From the NCBI GenBank assembly GCA_016748015.1, contig JAAOMT010000516.1, positions 79,068 through 143,067 on the forward strand: DNA of 64,000 nt. The letters are read 5' to 3'. Below are positions 24,400 to 39,616 of this stretch, one piece after another (positions within the stretch are counted from its first letter, which is position 1; the number at the start of each line of letters is the position of its first letter). The position numbers and the translations under genes are program-made. The DNA comes from Geosiphon pyriformis uo1. Lineage: Eukaryota; Fungi; Glomeromycota. The notes under the pieces are model-generated. The model had not been told where the DNA came from. It did no database searches and worked only from the letters and a program-made list of their open reading frames with translations.

Positions 24400-26900
24400 T
24401 CAATACAGTAAAAACCATAAAATCATGTGATTTATAATCCCAAACCTAAATACAAAAATGATAAAATCATTGAAAAATATTATTATTGGGTTTTTAATAG
24501 AATTTTCTTGTTAATGTGTTTTCATATAAACATAATTAGATAGAGGTATTAAACACAATGTAATCAAATGTATTAATTTATTTTGAGCAAAATTTTATAA
24601 ATTGGTTTTTTAAAATCTGAAACATATTTTTATAGTTTGTAGTAGGTTCTTGAAGAAATGGTTGTTTTTTATTGCTAATAAAAGTGTAATTCAACTGCTA
24701 TCTACACAAATACAACAAATACATGTCATAAAATAATGCTTTTTACATCTAACTAACCACTTGAACCACTCAAGACTAAATCTAAAACCTAAATTAATAG
24801 CTGCTTTCAAAAAGGATTGATTTATCATATCTCAAATACCTGAAACGATGTGTACAAGTTTTTTTAAATTAATAAAACTCAAATATCTTAAAATAAGCTC
24901 CATTTTTCTACAATATTAAAATTGATTCAACAAATTCAAGTCTATATCTTTAATTTGGCCACTAGCGTCATATCCTTTCTCAGCGCATTATCAAAAATAT
25001 TCAGACCAAATTTATAATTTTCAAATTAGGCAATTTACTATCTTTAAAAAATCTTTAAAACTCAGCATACTATTCTTTAAATACAAACTCTTGGCCAAAA
25101 CTAAATAAATTTTATTATAAGTTTTTACATTGGCATTGCATATTATGATATAAAATTTTCCAACTATTTCAGAACCATTAATTTATTCCAATATTTATTT
25201 ATTATGACAGTTTTTATTTTACTATCAATGTTGTATTAAAAAATTTGATTTTATTACATTGAATACGTATAATATTCAGATTATGAATCTTGTTTTTCTT
25301 AAAAACTAGCAATATTTTGTGCAATTTTTTATAATATACATATAAAACTTTGCCTTATTAATCTAGTTTTAAATACAAATTAGAATGTTAAACTATAGCT
25401 GCTATTTTTTGACTAATCTTGTTTATAATATTTAAATTCAAAAATTTGTTTGTTTAAATAAATTTTAATTAACACAATGTTACATGTTATAAAATTTTTG
25501 AACAAACTTTCTATATTATATCTTTTGTCTAGTTATTGAATGTTTTGTTTAATTTTAATTTTAATTTTAATTTCAATATGTAAACACTAATTTATCTGTT
25601 AAGTCTGCTAGCTTCTTTGTTTTTTTATTTTTAATTGTATCTAAATGTTTTTTAATTTTAATTTTAATTTTTATAATTTACTTAATATATGCTTTTTTTA
25701 ATTAATTCAGATTTAAAAACATTTAATGTAATATTGCATTTTCTATTTTTAAATTTATATTTGAAATTAGCACAACAGTTTTTAATTTTATCAAGATTGA
25801 CAACATAATTTTATTTAAATTTTCAAAATAAACTGTTGTTTTTTCAATTATGTATTACATATTTAAATTTTTACCAGTTTATCTGTTTTTGAATTCTTTA
25901 ATACTTAAAATCTTAAATAAATATTAAACTGTTTTTATTATAATTTTTGTATATAATAACTTTTTGTAATTATAAAAACTTTGTTTTGTTGTTCTTAAAT
26001 GCATTTTGTGTTTAAACCAATAAAAAGTTTCACTTTATTGAAAATAGTTATTTTGTAACATTTTTTTATTCAATATTTAGCAGCATAAAATAAATTCAGT
26101 TTTATAATATATTAATATTGTTAAAATATAAATATTTTTTTAAAATTATTTTTATTATGTGTTAATTATTGTATTTAAAAAATATTATTTTTAAATTTAA
26201 CATTATAAGATTGTATTTTATCAAGATTTTCATTACACTAACAGAAAAAGTGTTTAAAAATTTCATTTTTAACTTAATTAGTTTAACTAAAAAATTTATT
26301 AACAGTTATTCTATTACTTGTAAGTTTAAATTAATTATATATATATAAACAATGTTTTTACCAAATTTTTAAGATTTACGAAACAAAAACTGAAAATATT
26401 TTATTCTCAAAATTTATTCGTTTAAAAATATAAACTTATATAACAATGAAATAAAAACTTTTTCAATTTTTATTAAATATTTTAATAAATTAACAATTAT
26501 TTGAAATTTATAAAAAAAATAATTCAAAGTGTGTTTATAATTTTTGTATACATTAAAATAAAAAAATAAATAAAAACCACTTTTTTATAATTATGTTATT
26601 TTAATTTATTAATGTTTTTATAATATTATAACATTGTATAAATATGATTTTTTCGAAATATTTATATTAATTTATAATAAATTATTTGAATAAAAATTTT
26701 AATATTCAAGAAAAACACAAATATTATATTTAATTAGTATTAAAAAAAAATTAAGAATTAATATTTATTCAAAATTAATTTGACAGTAAAATATTTCAGA
26801 AAAATTTATAGCAATTTATTTAAAAAACATAAATTCAAAAATTATTATATATTGGACAAGCTTAAATTTTCTCGATTAAGTATTATTTCAATTTATATCT
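24400..26900. mobile_element. Highly AT-decayed putative transposon relic, unassigned
   Basis: Abrupt shift to the same extremely AT-rich, CpG-poor composition as the recognisable TE relics at 45.5-64 kb. Starts with a TACAGT-type end at about 24404. No diagnostic motif recovered. Confidence 0.3.
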
Positions 26901-27750
26901 TTTTTAAATAAAAAAATTAAATGAATAATAATAATAATAATAATAATAGTATAGTAGTCAAAAGTTTATCTTGCTAATTTCTGATTTCTTTATAATCAAT
27001 AATATTGGTCTAACCAAAAATCATAAAAACAGATCAATTAAAATTATTTGTTCCATAATTCAATAATACGTGAAAAATCATTTTTCCTTGGTTTTGATGA
27101 AAAAATAATTAATTCCTCAACCACTGTAAAATTTCATTTATAATATATATATATTGTTCCCTTACTATTTTAATCGTAACAGGGGTGAAAGAAAGAAGTT
27201 TCGATGAAGCAACTCGTTGATTCTTTTTTATTTTATTTTAAATCGAAATAAAAAAAAGCTACCTTAACTAGGTAACAGACTTTTTTTAAAATAATAATAA
27301 TAATAATAATAATATGATATCTAATTGTAATATATAGAAAAAAATCAATAATTTGAAAATGGTTATATCACCCACCCACAATCACAGGTCATTGATGATA
27401 TTCAAATAAATTAAAGTTTCAAAAAACTTTCCCACCAAACGGTTTGATTAACCTTATTCACAAGCTCATTGATGGACAAAAATTTTAAAAATCAAAAAAA
27501 AAAGGGTAAACTTCGATGAATCAAGACAAATTTTTTCCCAATCTGGAAATTTAAAAACCCTTTTTTACCGAAAAATGAAGTTTATAATTAATTCAATCAA
27601 GAATATAGGAATTCATCATATCTTGTTCATCATCCTAGTACAACGTTACCTAGCTTTTTAAAACTTTTGAACATACAGCAAAGTTATCACGAGGATATCG
27701 TAAATTCCCGATTCAAAGTTTTCGGCAAGATGGTAAATAAAAATTAATTT

Positions 27751-27792
<42 letters not shown>

Positions 27793-28310
27793 TTATCAAT
27801 GGGAAAAAAGTAGCCGAAACTTTATCGTCCCGTGTTTGACAAGTTTTCCACAAAACATTATGAATTTGAAAAATTAAACGTCATTTTTCATAAAACTTTA
27901 ATTTTTTTTCAAATATTTTTGTTGTGATATCAATTAAAAAATTAAATTGGTACCATTTTTGCGTGAACTTGAAAAGGGTGAGATAAAGCAGTGGCTTAAG
28001 CATTATTAGATCATTGATCCAAGCTTCTGGTTCAAAGTTTTTTTTCACTAAAATATCAGATTGAATTATAAATTTGGATATACATAACTTTTGGGTCTTT
28101 TACGAATTTAAAAATTAGTCTCAATGACATCATCTTGCTTTTAATTAATGAAGGTCATTTAAAATGGTTGCATCATCATTCAACCTTTTTTTTTAGGTTC
28201 AGCTCAAAATCTAATGTTAATTATGGAAATAAAATTATCCTCAGATAAAAAGCTTCTAAAACAACAAAAGAGCACCTGTAATAAAAGGTTTCAATTTTTG
28301 GAGTTATACT

Positions 28311-28430
28311 GATGATGATGATGATGATGATGATGATGTTTTTGTTTTTGTTTATGTTTTTGTTTTTTATTGTTTTTGTTTTTGTTGTTTTTGTTGTTGT
28401 TGTTGTTGTTGCTGTTGTTGTTGTTGTGTT
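28311..28430 (+). repeat. Compound (GAT)n-(GTTTTT)n-(GTT)n microsatellite
   Basis: Directly visible. Confidence 0.85.
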
Positions 28431-31321
28431 ATTGTTATAATATTCCAGTTGCGAGAATCTTTTTAGCTCTAATTCTAGATTTGAGAATTTTGAATTCAGT
28501 GATTATATTAGAGACAATTGATAACTATTGAATCGACTATATTATTTATAATAAATAAAAGGTAAACTGAATTTCATGGTTGACACAAAGACGGGTATCA
28601 CCTTAAAAATACTTCAAAATAATTTAAATTTCGTTTCACAGAGTAACTTTTGGCACCACATTAATTAATGAATGGATGAAATGCAAAATTCTAAATTTAG
28701 CTTTTTTTGGTAATGAATTTTGAATAATACAACGATCACGATGATGACGATGATGATACAAGTAACACATACATTATACATGCAGTAAAGGATTTGAAAA
28801 TTTAGAATAAATTATTTGTAATTTTGCTAGGTGAAAATCTTATTGATCACTTTTAAATTATTACCATGAAAATTTTTGAAAATTCTCAGAATAAAAACTT
28901 GACATTTGATTCCCGAGAAATGATTTTATTTAAAATCCCTCATTATCATTGGATTATTGAATTTAAAATTTCCCTTCTTATCGCATCCTAAATTCCCAAT
29001 TTACACACACGAGTACATCGGAATGTCCGTATATGTATTTTTCAAAACTTTATTTTGCCCCTTAAATAATCTTTCCTTTCTGATTACGAACCTCATGAAC
29101 CTTGCATCCAAAGACGTCATCATTAAATCTGATAGTTTGTTGGAATGAATTTTAAAATCCCATTCCACTTCACAACACCCTCAGCTGTCTCGTGTAAAAC
29201 TTAGATTAATGTCAATTGTCGAATCACTTAAACTTGATTATTCATCTGGCGTCAATAAAAACCTTACATTTCATAATGTATGCCTTGAAAACAACAACAA
29301 CAACAACCAACTCTTGAAAAACTAAATATCCAATCGGAACCTTTTATCAAAAAAAAAGTTTTGACCTAGTATATTTATTTTTTTAAAATAAGGAAGCCTG
29401 AAATTCTACGCCACAATTTGAATTGTTCTCAAATAGACATTTATTAAATTTACCCTTCTTTTAATGATACTCGATTCTCTTTATTACTTGCATATTATTT
29501 GAGTCTTTTGAAGTCATGCATTTCACGACAGAGATCTGACGAAGCAGCAACGGGGTAAACATTTTGTTGGAAAATTTCAATCTACTATAATGATGATGGA
29601 CAACTGAAACATGAAATATCAATGATCTTCAACAATATTATTTTTTTGGGGGGGAGAGGGTAGAGGGGGATGAAGGTCAGGATTCAAAAAATATTAAAGT
29701 TTCCAAATAAGTTTTACCTTAAGAAATTGAATTTATTCTTTTTTGAATACAGACAATAATGATTGGGAACTCGTTTCTTAAATGGATATATTGTTTATTA
29801 TTATTATTATATTACTAAAAACTAATTATTGATTTGGAAATGAAAAATTTCAATTGAATATTTGACCAGTGAGAATGACTTGTTCATTATTTCTAGTATG
29901 AAATTCGTAAACAAAAATCCAGATCTTTGTAAGCTTTTTTAAAAAGAATCTAAAACATTCACGTCAAATAAATGAATTCTCCTGGACTAAACCAATTTAG
30001 ATTTTTAAAAGAAAATTAGAATTGAGCAGCAGTCGAGAAAACCAGATTGTTTGTTGACTGACTGACTAATTGATTGATTGACTGATTTCTTTGATACTTT
30101 TATTTGATGCTATTTCACTTGCATTCTTTAATTGATTCTTTGTTTATCTTTTTCTAATTTCTTAAAATGTGATAGGAAAATTATTTTTCAAATTAATTCA
30201 ATTCTTTCTTTGATTCAAATCTTTTGAAACGTTATAATCAGAAACTGAGAATTCGAAAGTTCTAAATATTTTTTATAAATCTTGAAGAGTTTTTAAAACT
30301 AAAAATTTATTTGAAGTCCAAAAAGAGTTATTAATGATTATTCTATGCTACAAAAAAAACCAAAAAAAGAACCAAAAACTTTTGAACCCTTTTCTTTAGA
30401 ATGATCAGATCAATCAAATATAATAACGTCATCGATCATCAATGATTGGAAAATTCTCTGAAAAAAAGATTAACACATGAAAGCATAAAAATTTATTTTT
30501 AGATATAGGCTCGGGAAATATAATTTGTATTTTTCAAGATACAATTAGTAGCATGATTTACTAGGTACATTGTACATTGTACATTGTGCATTGTAACCCA
30601 GTTCTAAAAATCTGATATTACAAAACGGTTTAGATTTCAATATGCACTATGATGACATTAATGAAAAGAATGGTGGTAATGATTTAAAAAAAGATTATGG
30701 ACATTGTTATGTTGATGTGGATCAATAGACTGTGATACCAATATTTATTTATTTATTTAAAAATAGAGATGCCAATAAAATTTTAAATTAAATTGCACAA
30801 AATAAGGAGAAATAATAATTACAATCATGAATTTAGAAATATTTTCATGATGTTGAAGGTCGATGAAAAGGGGAAGAAGGGGAAAGGGAAGGGAAAAAGG
30901 AAGAGGAAAAGGAAAAGGAAGAAGAAGAGGAAAAGGAAGAGGAAAGAGAAGATGGAATGTTTAATTTAAATTTCACAGAATCAGCCCTTCCTAATTATAA
31001 AATATCAATATTAAATGATATTATTACAAGAAAAGGATTTCAGTTTCAGAATATTAAAAAAAAAAAAAATTAAAAAAAATTACCCAAATCAAAGACGAAA
31101 AGTTTTTTAAATTAGTTGTATTTTTGATAAGTCTAGTTGCTCCTCATATGACGCCATATGGATGATTGGATAGCTCGGAACCATACGATAATCACCATCA
31201 CTATCACTAATGATTAATAATAATAATATTATTATTATTACTATTCTTATCACTATTATTACTAGTACTGATGCTAATAATTATCATTGTTGTTGTTGTT
31301 GTTATTATTATTTTATTATTA

Positions 31322-31363
<42 letters not shown>

Positions 31364-31423
31364 AATAATTCATCATAGAAGTGTTTGATGGACTTCAAAC
31401 GCCGAGTTTCTTTCAAATTAAAT

Positions 31424-31454
<31 letters not shown>

Positions 31455-33004
31455 TTCAATTGTTATTAAATAGGATCATGAGAATAAATGACGAATGATT
31501 CAGAATATCATTATAGATTTTCGAACAAAAGTTTTAAATAAAGAATGAAGGCTTAAAAAAATTTCATTCTAAATCTAATAATAAATGAGATGAAAAAAAA
31601 ATTAAATTTGTTTGGAGCTATTCAGGAAAAATATTAAATATCAGAATTAACCTTATTAATTTTTGATAAACGTAAATGAGATAGAAGGTTCTTTTTTCTG
31701 ATTTTTTTAAAATTAAAACTTTTAATATCAGGTCTACGAAATTCAACTGGTTAATTGCCCTTTTCTATTAGGAGTTATAGTTAAGATTAGAGTTAGAGTT
31801 AAGATTAGAATTAGAATTAGAATTAGAATTAGAATTAGAATTAGAGTTAAAGTTTTCATGTTGAAAATTAAAAAAAAAATTTCAGCCAAAAAGAACAATC
31901 TAAAGAAACAAGTATTTCTTGTGTAAAAAAAAATTCTTTGTTCTTTAAAGGAAAAAATGATGTCAAAAATTTTGAATTTCCCTTTAGGAAGTTTAAAAAA
32001 TTTAGTTTGGAAGTTTCAAAAGCAAAACCGTTTTGAATTTAAATAAATAAAAAATTTCAATTTGATGACTAATAATACTATTTTTCAACACCTATTAAAT
32101 ATGAAGTTCAAGTTGTTTAGTTGGTTAATTGGTTGGTTTGTTGGTTGGTTGAATCAATGAAAGAAATCTAAATCTGCACGCAAAACGCCCACCAAACAAG
32201 GCTGATTTTTGGTCTCATATGACACCATTCAAAAAAAATGGTTACTATTTTACTATGAACCAATGATTTTTTTGAATTTCGTATAAACAATCAATTATGA
32301 AGTTTCCCTTTTTCAGCTTTTTCATCATAGAATTCAATTATATTAAGAAACAGAAAGGCCTAAAGAGAGATAGTTTGATTGGAATACTTTTTTTTTTAAA
32401 AAAAAATGTACAATTAAAAAAATTAAAAAAAAAAGGTTTGAATGTTTAAAGAAATAAAAGAAAAATAAAGAGTGAAAAATCGAAATGAAAATAATCATTA
32501 GAATCTAATGATAATAACCTTTAATGTTTACATGATAAAAATTCCAAAGAAAATACAAAGTTTTTCAAAGAAAAGTTTCCAAAAAAAAATAATAATCTTA
32601 GGCTTGAAATTTGTAATAATGATTATTCTATACTTTATATTTGAAGCTGTACAATTAATTACATAGTATTTCTTTGACAAGTATTTATTCATGGTTTTTA
32701 ATTATAATTATTTGATGAAAAATTTTAATGTCAAAAAAATTTAATGTGAGAGAGAGAGAATGAAGCTGGATTCTGGTTGGCTGTGATTTTGTCGTAAGTT
32801 TAAAGAAATCTTGAAATATTTTGATTTGTATATATGTGGTTTTTCGCAAAGATATTCGTGGATTTTTTTTTTGATAATGTTGTTTTTAAAAGTTCAGCTT
32901 TTATTACTATTATAATTTTCATCTTAATAATTTTCATTTCACCATGAATAAAAACATTGGAGTTTTAAAAATGAAAATTCTCCTTCACTCACTCACTCAC
33001 TCAC

Positions 33005-34072
33005 TCATGGTTTATTGTTCTGAATATTATTTCCCATGGTACCTTTACCATAACCACTATTTCCATGCCTTGCTCTTTCTCGTTTTGAGGCAGAATTTGA
33101 ATTATCAATTTTCATGTTATTTTTTCCAACACCACCGCCACCACCACCTATCCCTCTTCGAATAACTCCACTTCTGTCCAATCGTTTCAAAATTTTGTCC
33201 TCCACCAACTGACTTTTTAACTCATCAACAATGGTTTTCAAGCCCAAATTTTCTTCTTTCAAATCTTTCATTTGTCTTCCTAAAAGTCCATTTTCAGCTG
33301 TCAGAGCACTTATTCGTGAATTTAATTCTTGTATCTGTGAGCTCATCTCTTGAGTTTGTTTATGTTTTTTTGCACGATATTTTGCCGAAGCAACTTTATT
33401 TCTTTCTCGCCTTTCGTGAAGGGTGAGTGGTGATAGAGGATCCAAAGGATCGTCTAAAGCTCCTGGTGATGATACTGTTGGAGATGAAATAGATTTCGCA
33501 GCGTATTGATAAAGTAAAGGTGATGGCGGTTGTTGTTGTTGGGTAGGAGTTATAGCGGAATTTGGAGCGGATGATGAAGTACTTGGGGATAATAATTGTA
33601 ATATTTGTAGTTGTGGATTGGAATGACGAGAATTAAAGGAGTTGTTATTGCTGCTGCTACTATTATTATTATTGCTATTGTTATTGTTATTGTTATTGTT
33701 ATTGCTGGTATTGTTGGTCAAAGAGGTTGGTTCTGGAATTTTTAAATGTTGTTGTAAATAATGAACGGAATCGAAAAATTCGTTGGGAGTTTGAGAAGGA
33801 GTCGAAATTTGTGGTTTTATTCGCGGAAGAGATGAGGTGGAATTTGGAAGTGAAAGTGAATTTAGAATTGGTAAAGGGTGTAAATTATTTCCTTCGAATG
33901 ATAATAATTCCTGTACACGAAGTCTTCTACCATGATTTGGTGGTGAATTGCCTCCGCTAAAATCTGAATTTTCTGGAGATGAAATGGCCACATCGATTGT
34001 TACCAATGGAGCTGGTGGTGACCTTGGCGAAGAATGATATGAGCTAGTGGTAGTATAAGTTGTTGATGTCAT
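33005..34072 (-). CDS. bZIP transcription factor (355 aa, intronless)
   Basis: Basic region ERRERNKVASAKYRAKK (N-x7-R) followed by a leucine zipper IQELNSRISALTAENGLLGRQMKDLKEENLGLKTIVDEL. N-terminus rich in S/P/N/Q; poly-Gly in the tail. Confidence 0.92.
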   Translation of the reverse strand: MTSTTYTTTSSYHSSPRSPPAPLVTIDVAISSPENSDFSGGNSPPNHGRRLRVQELLSFEGNNLHPLPILNSLSLPNSTSSLPRIKPQISTPSQTPNEFFDSVHYLQQHLKIPEPTSLTNNTSNNNNNNNNNSNNNNSSSSNNNSFNSRHSNPQLQILQLLSPSTSSSAPNSAITPTQQQQPPSPLLYQYAAKSISSPTVSSPGALDDPLDPLSPLTLHERRERNKVASAKYRAKKHKQTQEMSSQIQELNSRISALTAENGLLGRQMKDLKEENLGLKTIVDELKSQLVEDKILKRLDRSGVIRRGIGGGGGGVGKNNMKIDNSNSASKRERARHGNSGYGKGTMGNNIQNNKP

Positions 34073-34259
34073 TTTTCAAAAATAAATTTAGAAATCGAAT
34101 TTCAAGATTTAAATGTTTTTTTTTGGTCAAAAATTGGGGGCTGAATCGACGATAGTTGGATTAAATTTCTATTTCTCTTTCACTTTCTCTCTCTCTTGCT
34201 CAAATATTTATCCACAATTAAATCACCAATGATATTTGAAATTTGATGAGTTTTGACGT

Positions 34260-34268
34260 ATGATGATA

Positions 34269-34306
<38 letters not shown>

Positions 34307-34340
34307 AATGATTATGATGATTATGATTATTATTATTATT
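34260..34340 (+). repeat. (ATG)n/(ATT)n microsatellite upstream of the bZIP start codon
   Basis: Directly visible; produces the spurious poly-Met ORF. Confidence 0.9.
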
Positions 34341-36554
34341 CTTTTATTTTTATTACCACTACTTCTATTTATTTTTATTATTAAACCAAAAGTTCTTAAC
34401 GGAAGTTTTTTATTTGCTCAACACACCAGGTTGGCAGGCAGGTAAAGCAATAATAGACAAAAAAACAACAAAAGTCAACGACGAAGAGTCAATTTGTTAA
34501 AAATCCGATCTCCGGGATGGTCGCAACCATTTATATATTTTTTTTCTCGCTATAATCATACTACAGACCTTTTAAAGTATTTTTCTTAAATGCAATAGGT
34601 TGATCTTATTGTAAAAATTATTTATATTTAAATTCAATACTAGTTTTTTTTTTTTTAAAAAAAAAAAAAACTAGGTTATACCGGCTTCGCTCATTGAAAA
34701 ATTTTTGCCGAGAATTTTATTTTTTTTATTTTTAAAGAAGAAAATTTTTTATTATAGCTAATATATTTTCATACTGTTATTGTGTGACAATAACACTACA
34801 GAAATTTTGAGGGTAAAAGCGAAACAAAAAGAAAAAAAAAGCTTATTTTATTTTAAGATTAAATAATAATATCAAAAAAAAAAAAAAAGTTTCGATAACA
34901 TTTAAAAACCAATATTTTTTTTTTCTGGTAGGTAAAATTAATAAGGAAATAAGATATCAAATTTCATCATTTTCAATTTTTTTTTTTAACAGACAAAAAA
35001 ATCACACACACATACAGATATTAAATTCTTTATTAATTTTAATGTACATCCTAAAAATAAAAATAAACAAAAAACACCTTCCAAAGCAATTTCCGTGTTT
35101 TCCTTCGATTTGACCCACTCGATCATGTCACCTATGTAAAAACAGCCTATACGCTGTTATACTTATCGGGCATTTTCTTTTAAATTACATATATAGTTTA
35201 AAACTTGTTTTTTTAATTAAAAGATGTATAAAAATGAAATTGAATTAAAATATATAATTTTATATTAAAACTTTTTAGTGTTTTTTTTGTACATCCCCGA
35301 AATTACCTAGACAATATAAAAAAGCCAAATATAAATAAATAAAATTATTATTGTTATTATTATTATTATTATTACTACTACTACTTATATCAATATTTAT
35401 CTTTAGGGATAAGTTAACCTTCTTTGGCCCTACACGCTTCTCAATTACCGATCATACACTCAATTTCCATTATGTCCTAGGTGTGCGTGTGTGCTTGATA
35501 TCAAAAGTAGTACTGATAGCTAATAATGTGTTTCTTTTTGTTGTTGGTGCAACTTTACAAGATGATGCATACTGCATAATAGATTTTTCGGAACATGAAT
35601 TCCAATCACAGAACTTTATCATCTATATGTTCTTGTTCCCAATAATATCTTGTGAGCAAATAACGGTAAAAAATATTTTTGGTAAATTTTCTTAATTTTA
35701 ATTCTTAATTTTAATTCTGAATCGGGATAATAAGAAAAGACGGTTGCATGGAAAATATTTGAAATATCCCGATTTAATTTTTTAACAAAAAAAATCTTAA
35801 TTACAATAAAATTAAGAAATTTCCTCCTCCTCCTCCTCCTCCTCCTCCTTCCATCTAAATTGAAAATCAAAATTTATTTTTTAAATTTTTCTTTTACCTA
35901 AAAATGTAGGTCTGAAAATTTTTATTTTGACACACATGCATACATTTTCCAAATTGTGTATACCTCATTAGAAATTTCGTCATTTTTTTTTACTGTTCCA
36001 AAATCCTAAAATCCTAATAATAATAATAATAATAATAATAAACAAATGCAAGCAGTCAGCATTTATCAGACTTTAGATAATCATCCTTTTCATCACAACA
36101 ATATCGTCATAATCTTCATAATCTAAGATCCCAATAGCCGAGACTAATTTGTGAGATGCAAATGGCTGAGCCGCAATTCTTCATCGTTTTAAATTTCCGA
36201 TGTTAGGATTTGGTAGTTTGATCATTTGGATAAACGCCCAGGTATAAAAAAAAAAGAACCAGTCTGGTACTTGTGTAACAGGTAACCAATCAAAAATTAA
36301 GAAAAATTGGTTACGAGCAACTGGGTCTCGATACCATTGGTAAAGATTGTTTTGACGAAATGTAAATGTGCCAATAAAAGGGTAAAAACTTGATTTAATT
36401 AATTTCTTTTGAAAATTCTCCAAGTTGAGAATATTTTTTGTGTGGGAAACATGAAAAAAATACAATTTCCAGAATATTTCACGTGTCCCACCAAGGACCT
36501 CGATCTCAGCAGTTCAATCAAAAGTTTTGAAACAAACTTGACAAAATAGCTTTC

Positions 36555-36592
36555 CTCTTCTTCTTCTTCTTCTTCTTCTTCTTCTTCTTCTT

Positions 36593-36623
<31 letters not shown>

Positions 36624-36680
36624 TTTTTCTTCTTCTTCTTCTTCTTCTTCTTCTTCTTCTTCTTCTTTTTCTTCTTCTTT
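36555..36680 (+). repeat. (CTT)n microsatellite
   Basis: About 40 near-perfect units. Confidence 0.95.
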
Positions 36681-39329
36681 CTCAAGTTAAAGGCTTGGCT
36701 TTCTTTAAATTTGTAGGATCAAAAGATCTTGCTTGTTATTGGTTTTACGTAAGCCCATCAAATAAATTACATAACTCAATAATTTACTCTAAACTAAAAA
36801 TGGCTACGAAATAATGGACACAAGGATTGTTCCTACGTACTAATTTGCTTCTGTTTGTCTGTGCTCACAACAGCCCATTTCTTTTCAGAGAACAATGCGA
36901 GAATACAATGTACGACGTGCATCACAGAAAAAGAATTGTCCGTAACCCCCACTGTAAATATTCGAATCTTTTAATATGATGTTTAGCTTGTTTTAATCTC
37001 GTGCGATTTGATAATTTTGCATGATATCCTAATTTGGAAATAGCTCTTGCTTAAAAATTTTTAGCGGGCTCAGATGCTTGGCAACCTATGATGAGTCATC
37101 TCAGCTGGAAGGGAAAATTTTTCACCATGTTCACATGAAAAGTACAAATTTTCAATATTCAAACGTTATTATTTTCTGACCAAATATATCTATGAATCAT
37201 TTTAATAATAAGCTTTCACCAAATGGGAATGTTTCCTATTTTTGTTTAATCCAGCCATCGCTACTATTTTTTTTTAACAAATACAACAATGATAAAATTT
37301 ATATTTTCTTAATAAACAAAAACAAATCATTTGGTCAAGAAGAAAACCTTTTCTTTCAAAGTTTTAAATTTTAACAATAGATTGGCTTAAGAACAAGAAT
37401 ATACAGCTGAAACTAGAGGATCAATTAGAGCTTTTGGCAGCTTTTCATTACAAATCTTTATCATTTACATTTGATGATGATGATGATGATGATGATTTTC
37501 AATAAAAAAATACTTGAACTTTTCAATGTTCAAAAACCCAAAATGAGAATTTTAAAATAATTTTCTTTGTTGGATTTGAAAATTAAGTAATTGATTTTAT
37601 TGCAGAAAAATCATTATCGAACATATCATGAAATTGAAATAGATTTTTGTTACTGCTGATTATCTTGAAACCCAAAAAAAGGATTGCAAATGTGATTCAT
37701 TTTTGATTTCAATTCGTCAAAAAAAATATATATATATATTATTATTGTTTTCTTTCTTTAGGTATCATAGATACCTCGCGGTTTATACGCCACAACATAA
37801 AATATTAGGTAATTGATTTCTTTGCAGATTAACGTTTAAAACCAAATTGTAATTTTTTCTCTGAATCCAGAAAGGCTGTCTGTTATCACCTTTGTTAACT
37901 CTTGATATTAATGTGACTAAATGATTTCCTTGATTCGGTAAAATATCTTTGAAAAAACAGGTCTGAAATCCACTTCGGCCGAAAGGTGGGGTGGTAGTTT
38001 TAATAGAAAAACAAAAGATCCATTCTTTCGTTGTTGTTTTTTTCTCGATCTCTCACCATGATTACTTTTTTTTGCAATTTTTAAAGGAACAGCCTAATAG
38101 CCAAGAATTCATCATCATCATCATCATCAAATAATTTAATTACTTGAAAAAATTTCCATAAATTACACAAAAACTTTAATCCTAATAATGCAACAGTGTT
38201 GATGAATAACACACACACAACATAACCATCAAAACCCGGAGTACACATGGCGAATCTCTAAAAATGACCCAAAAAAAGCTAATGATAGAATATTCTCAGT
38301 TGAAGCAAATTTCTTTTGCTAAGCCTTTTATGGCAATAAGTGCTGTGACTAATAATAATTTCATGCAGGGATTTAATTTTAGATAATGGTTTGATTTGCC
38401 AGCTTCTTTTTGATTGCATTGTCATACGTCAACATTTAGTGACAGATCTGAGATTTGAGCGGAGATTTGATTCCGCAGTTTATAAAATATGAGCCTAAAT
38501 TTTTCAAGGCTTAAAAATTTTTATTTACCCGCCTGCAGCAGAAGCACACCCAGACTGGGAATAAATTTAAATATGTCTTTGGCCGAAGTTTACAAGAAAA
38601 TTTAAAAAATTTAGTTTGAGATCTGAGATCGAAATGTTTTTTTTGCATAGGTCGTGAGAGTTGAAGTTGTTTTTCTGACGATGAGGAAATGAGAAAATCA
38701 AGTATATTGCGATTCCCTACTCTTAAAGACTTTTGCTTGAAGCAAGCAAAAGATTTTTTCTTTTTTACAGAAATCAAAACTCTTTCTTTCTTTTTCTTTC
38801 TTTTCTTTCTTTTTTTTCTTTCATTTCTCTCTTTTCTTTCTTTCTTACGAAACAAAATAAATATATGTTTGCAAGATTATGTGAAAATATTTTATTAATT
38901 CCAGAAAACTTTTTTATTTTTTATATCAGAAATTTCTTTATTTTCCTTTGAGATTATGCACACATTACACAATAAAATTTTTGCCAGAATTTTATTTTTA
39001 TCAAAGAAATTTTTTCTATATGATTATTTTTGACAAGAAGATGAATTTTTTGCTGATGATTATTATCATAAATTTTTTCTTGGTCAAGAAAAAAAGAAAC
39101 ATTCGATATGGCACTCAATAGCATTAAAAATGTGTGTGTGTGTGTGTGAACCGGGAATTAATTTTTTGTTGATCATGACCAAATATATCTAATAAAAGGT
39201 TACCCCGATAAGTGCATAGAAACTAGTCTAGACTATTTTAAAAAAAATATAAACAAGCTTTTCGGTTTTGGATGGCCGAAAGATTTGAGTTTCTTGTTTC
39301 TAGCTTTTATGGTGATTGGAGATTTAAGT

Positions 39330-39362
<33 letters not shown>

Positions 39363-39573
39363 TTTTTGAACTGACAAAATACTCTAGTTTTTATTAAATA
39401 GGTTGCCAAATTCAGAAATCAATGAGAGAGAGATAGAGAGATGTATATATCTAAGAAAATCAAAAATTCACCTAGGTATTAGGTAAGTTTAATAAGTTGA
39501 ATATGAAATGAACGAGTTCGGTGAACAAGAGTTTGAAAATATTACATTTTTAATCATTTGAATTATGTCAGCC

Positions 39574-39616
<43 letters not shown>

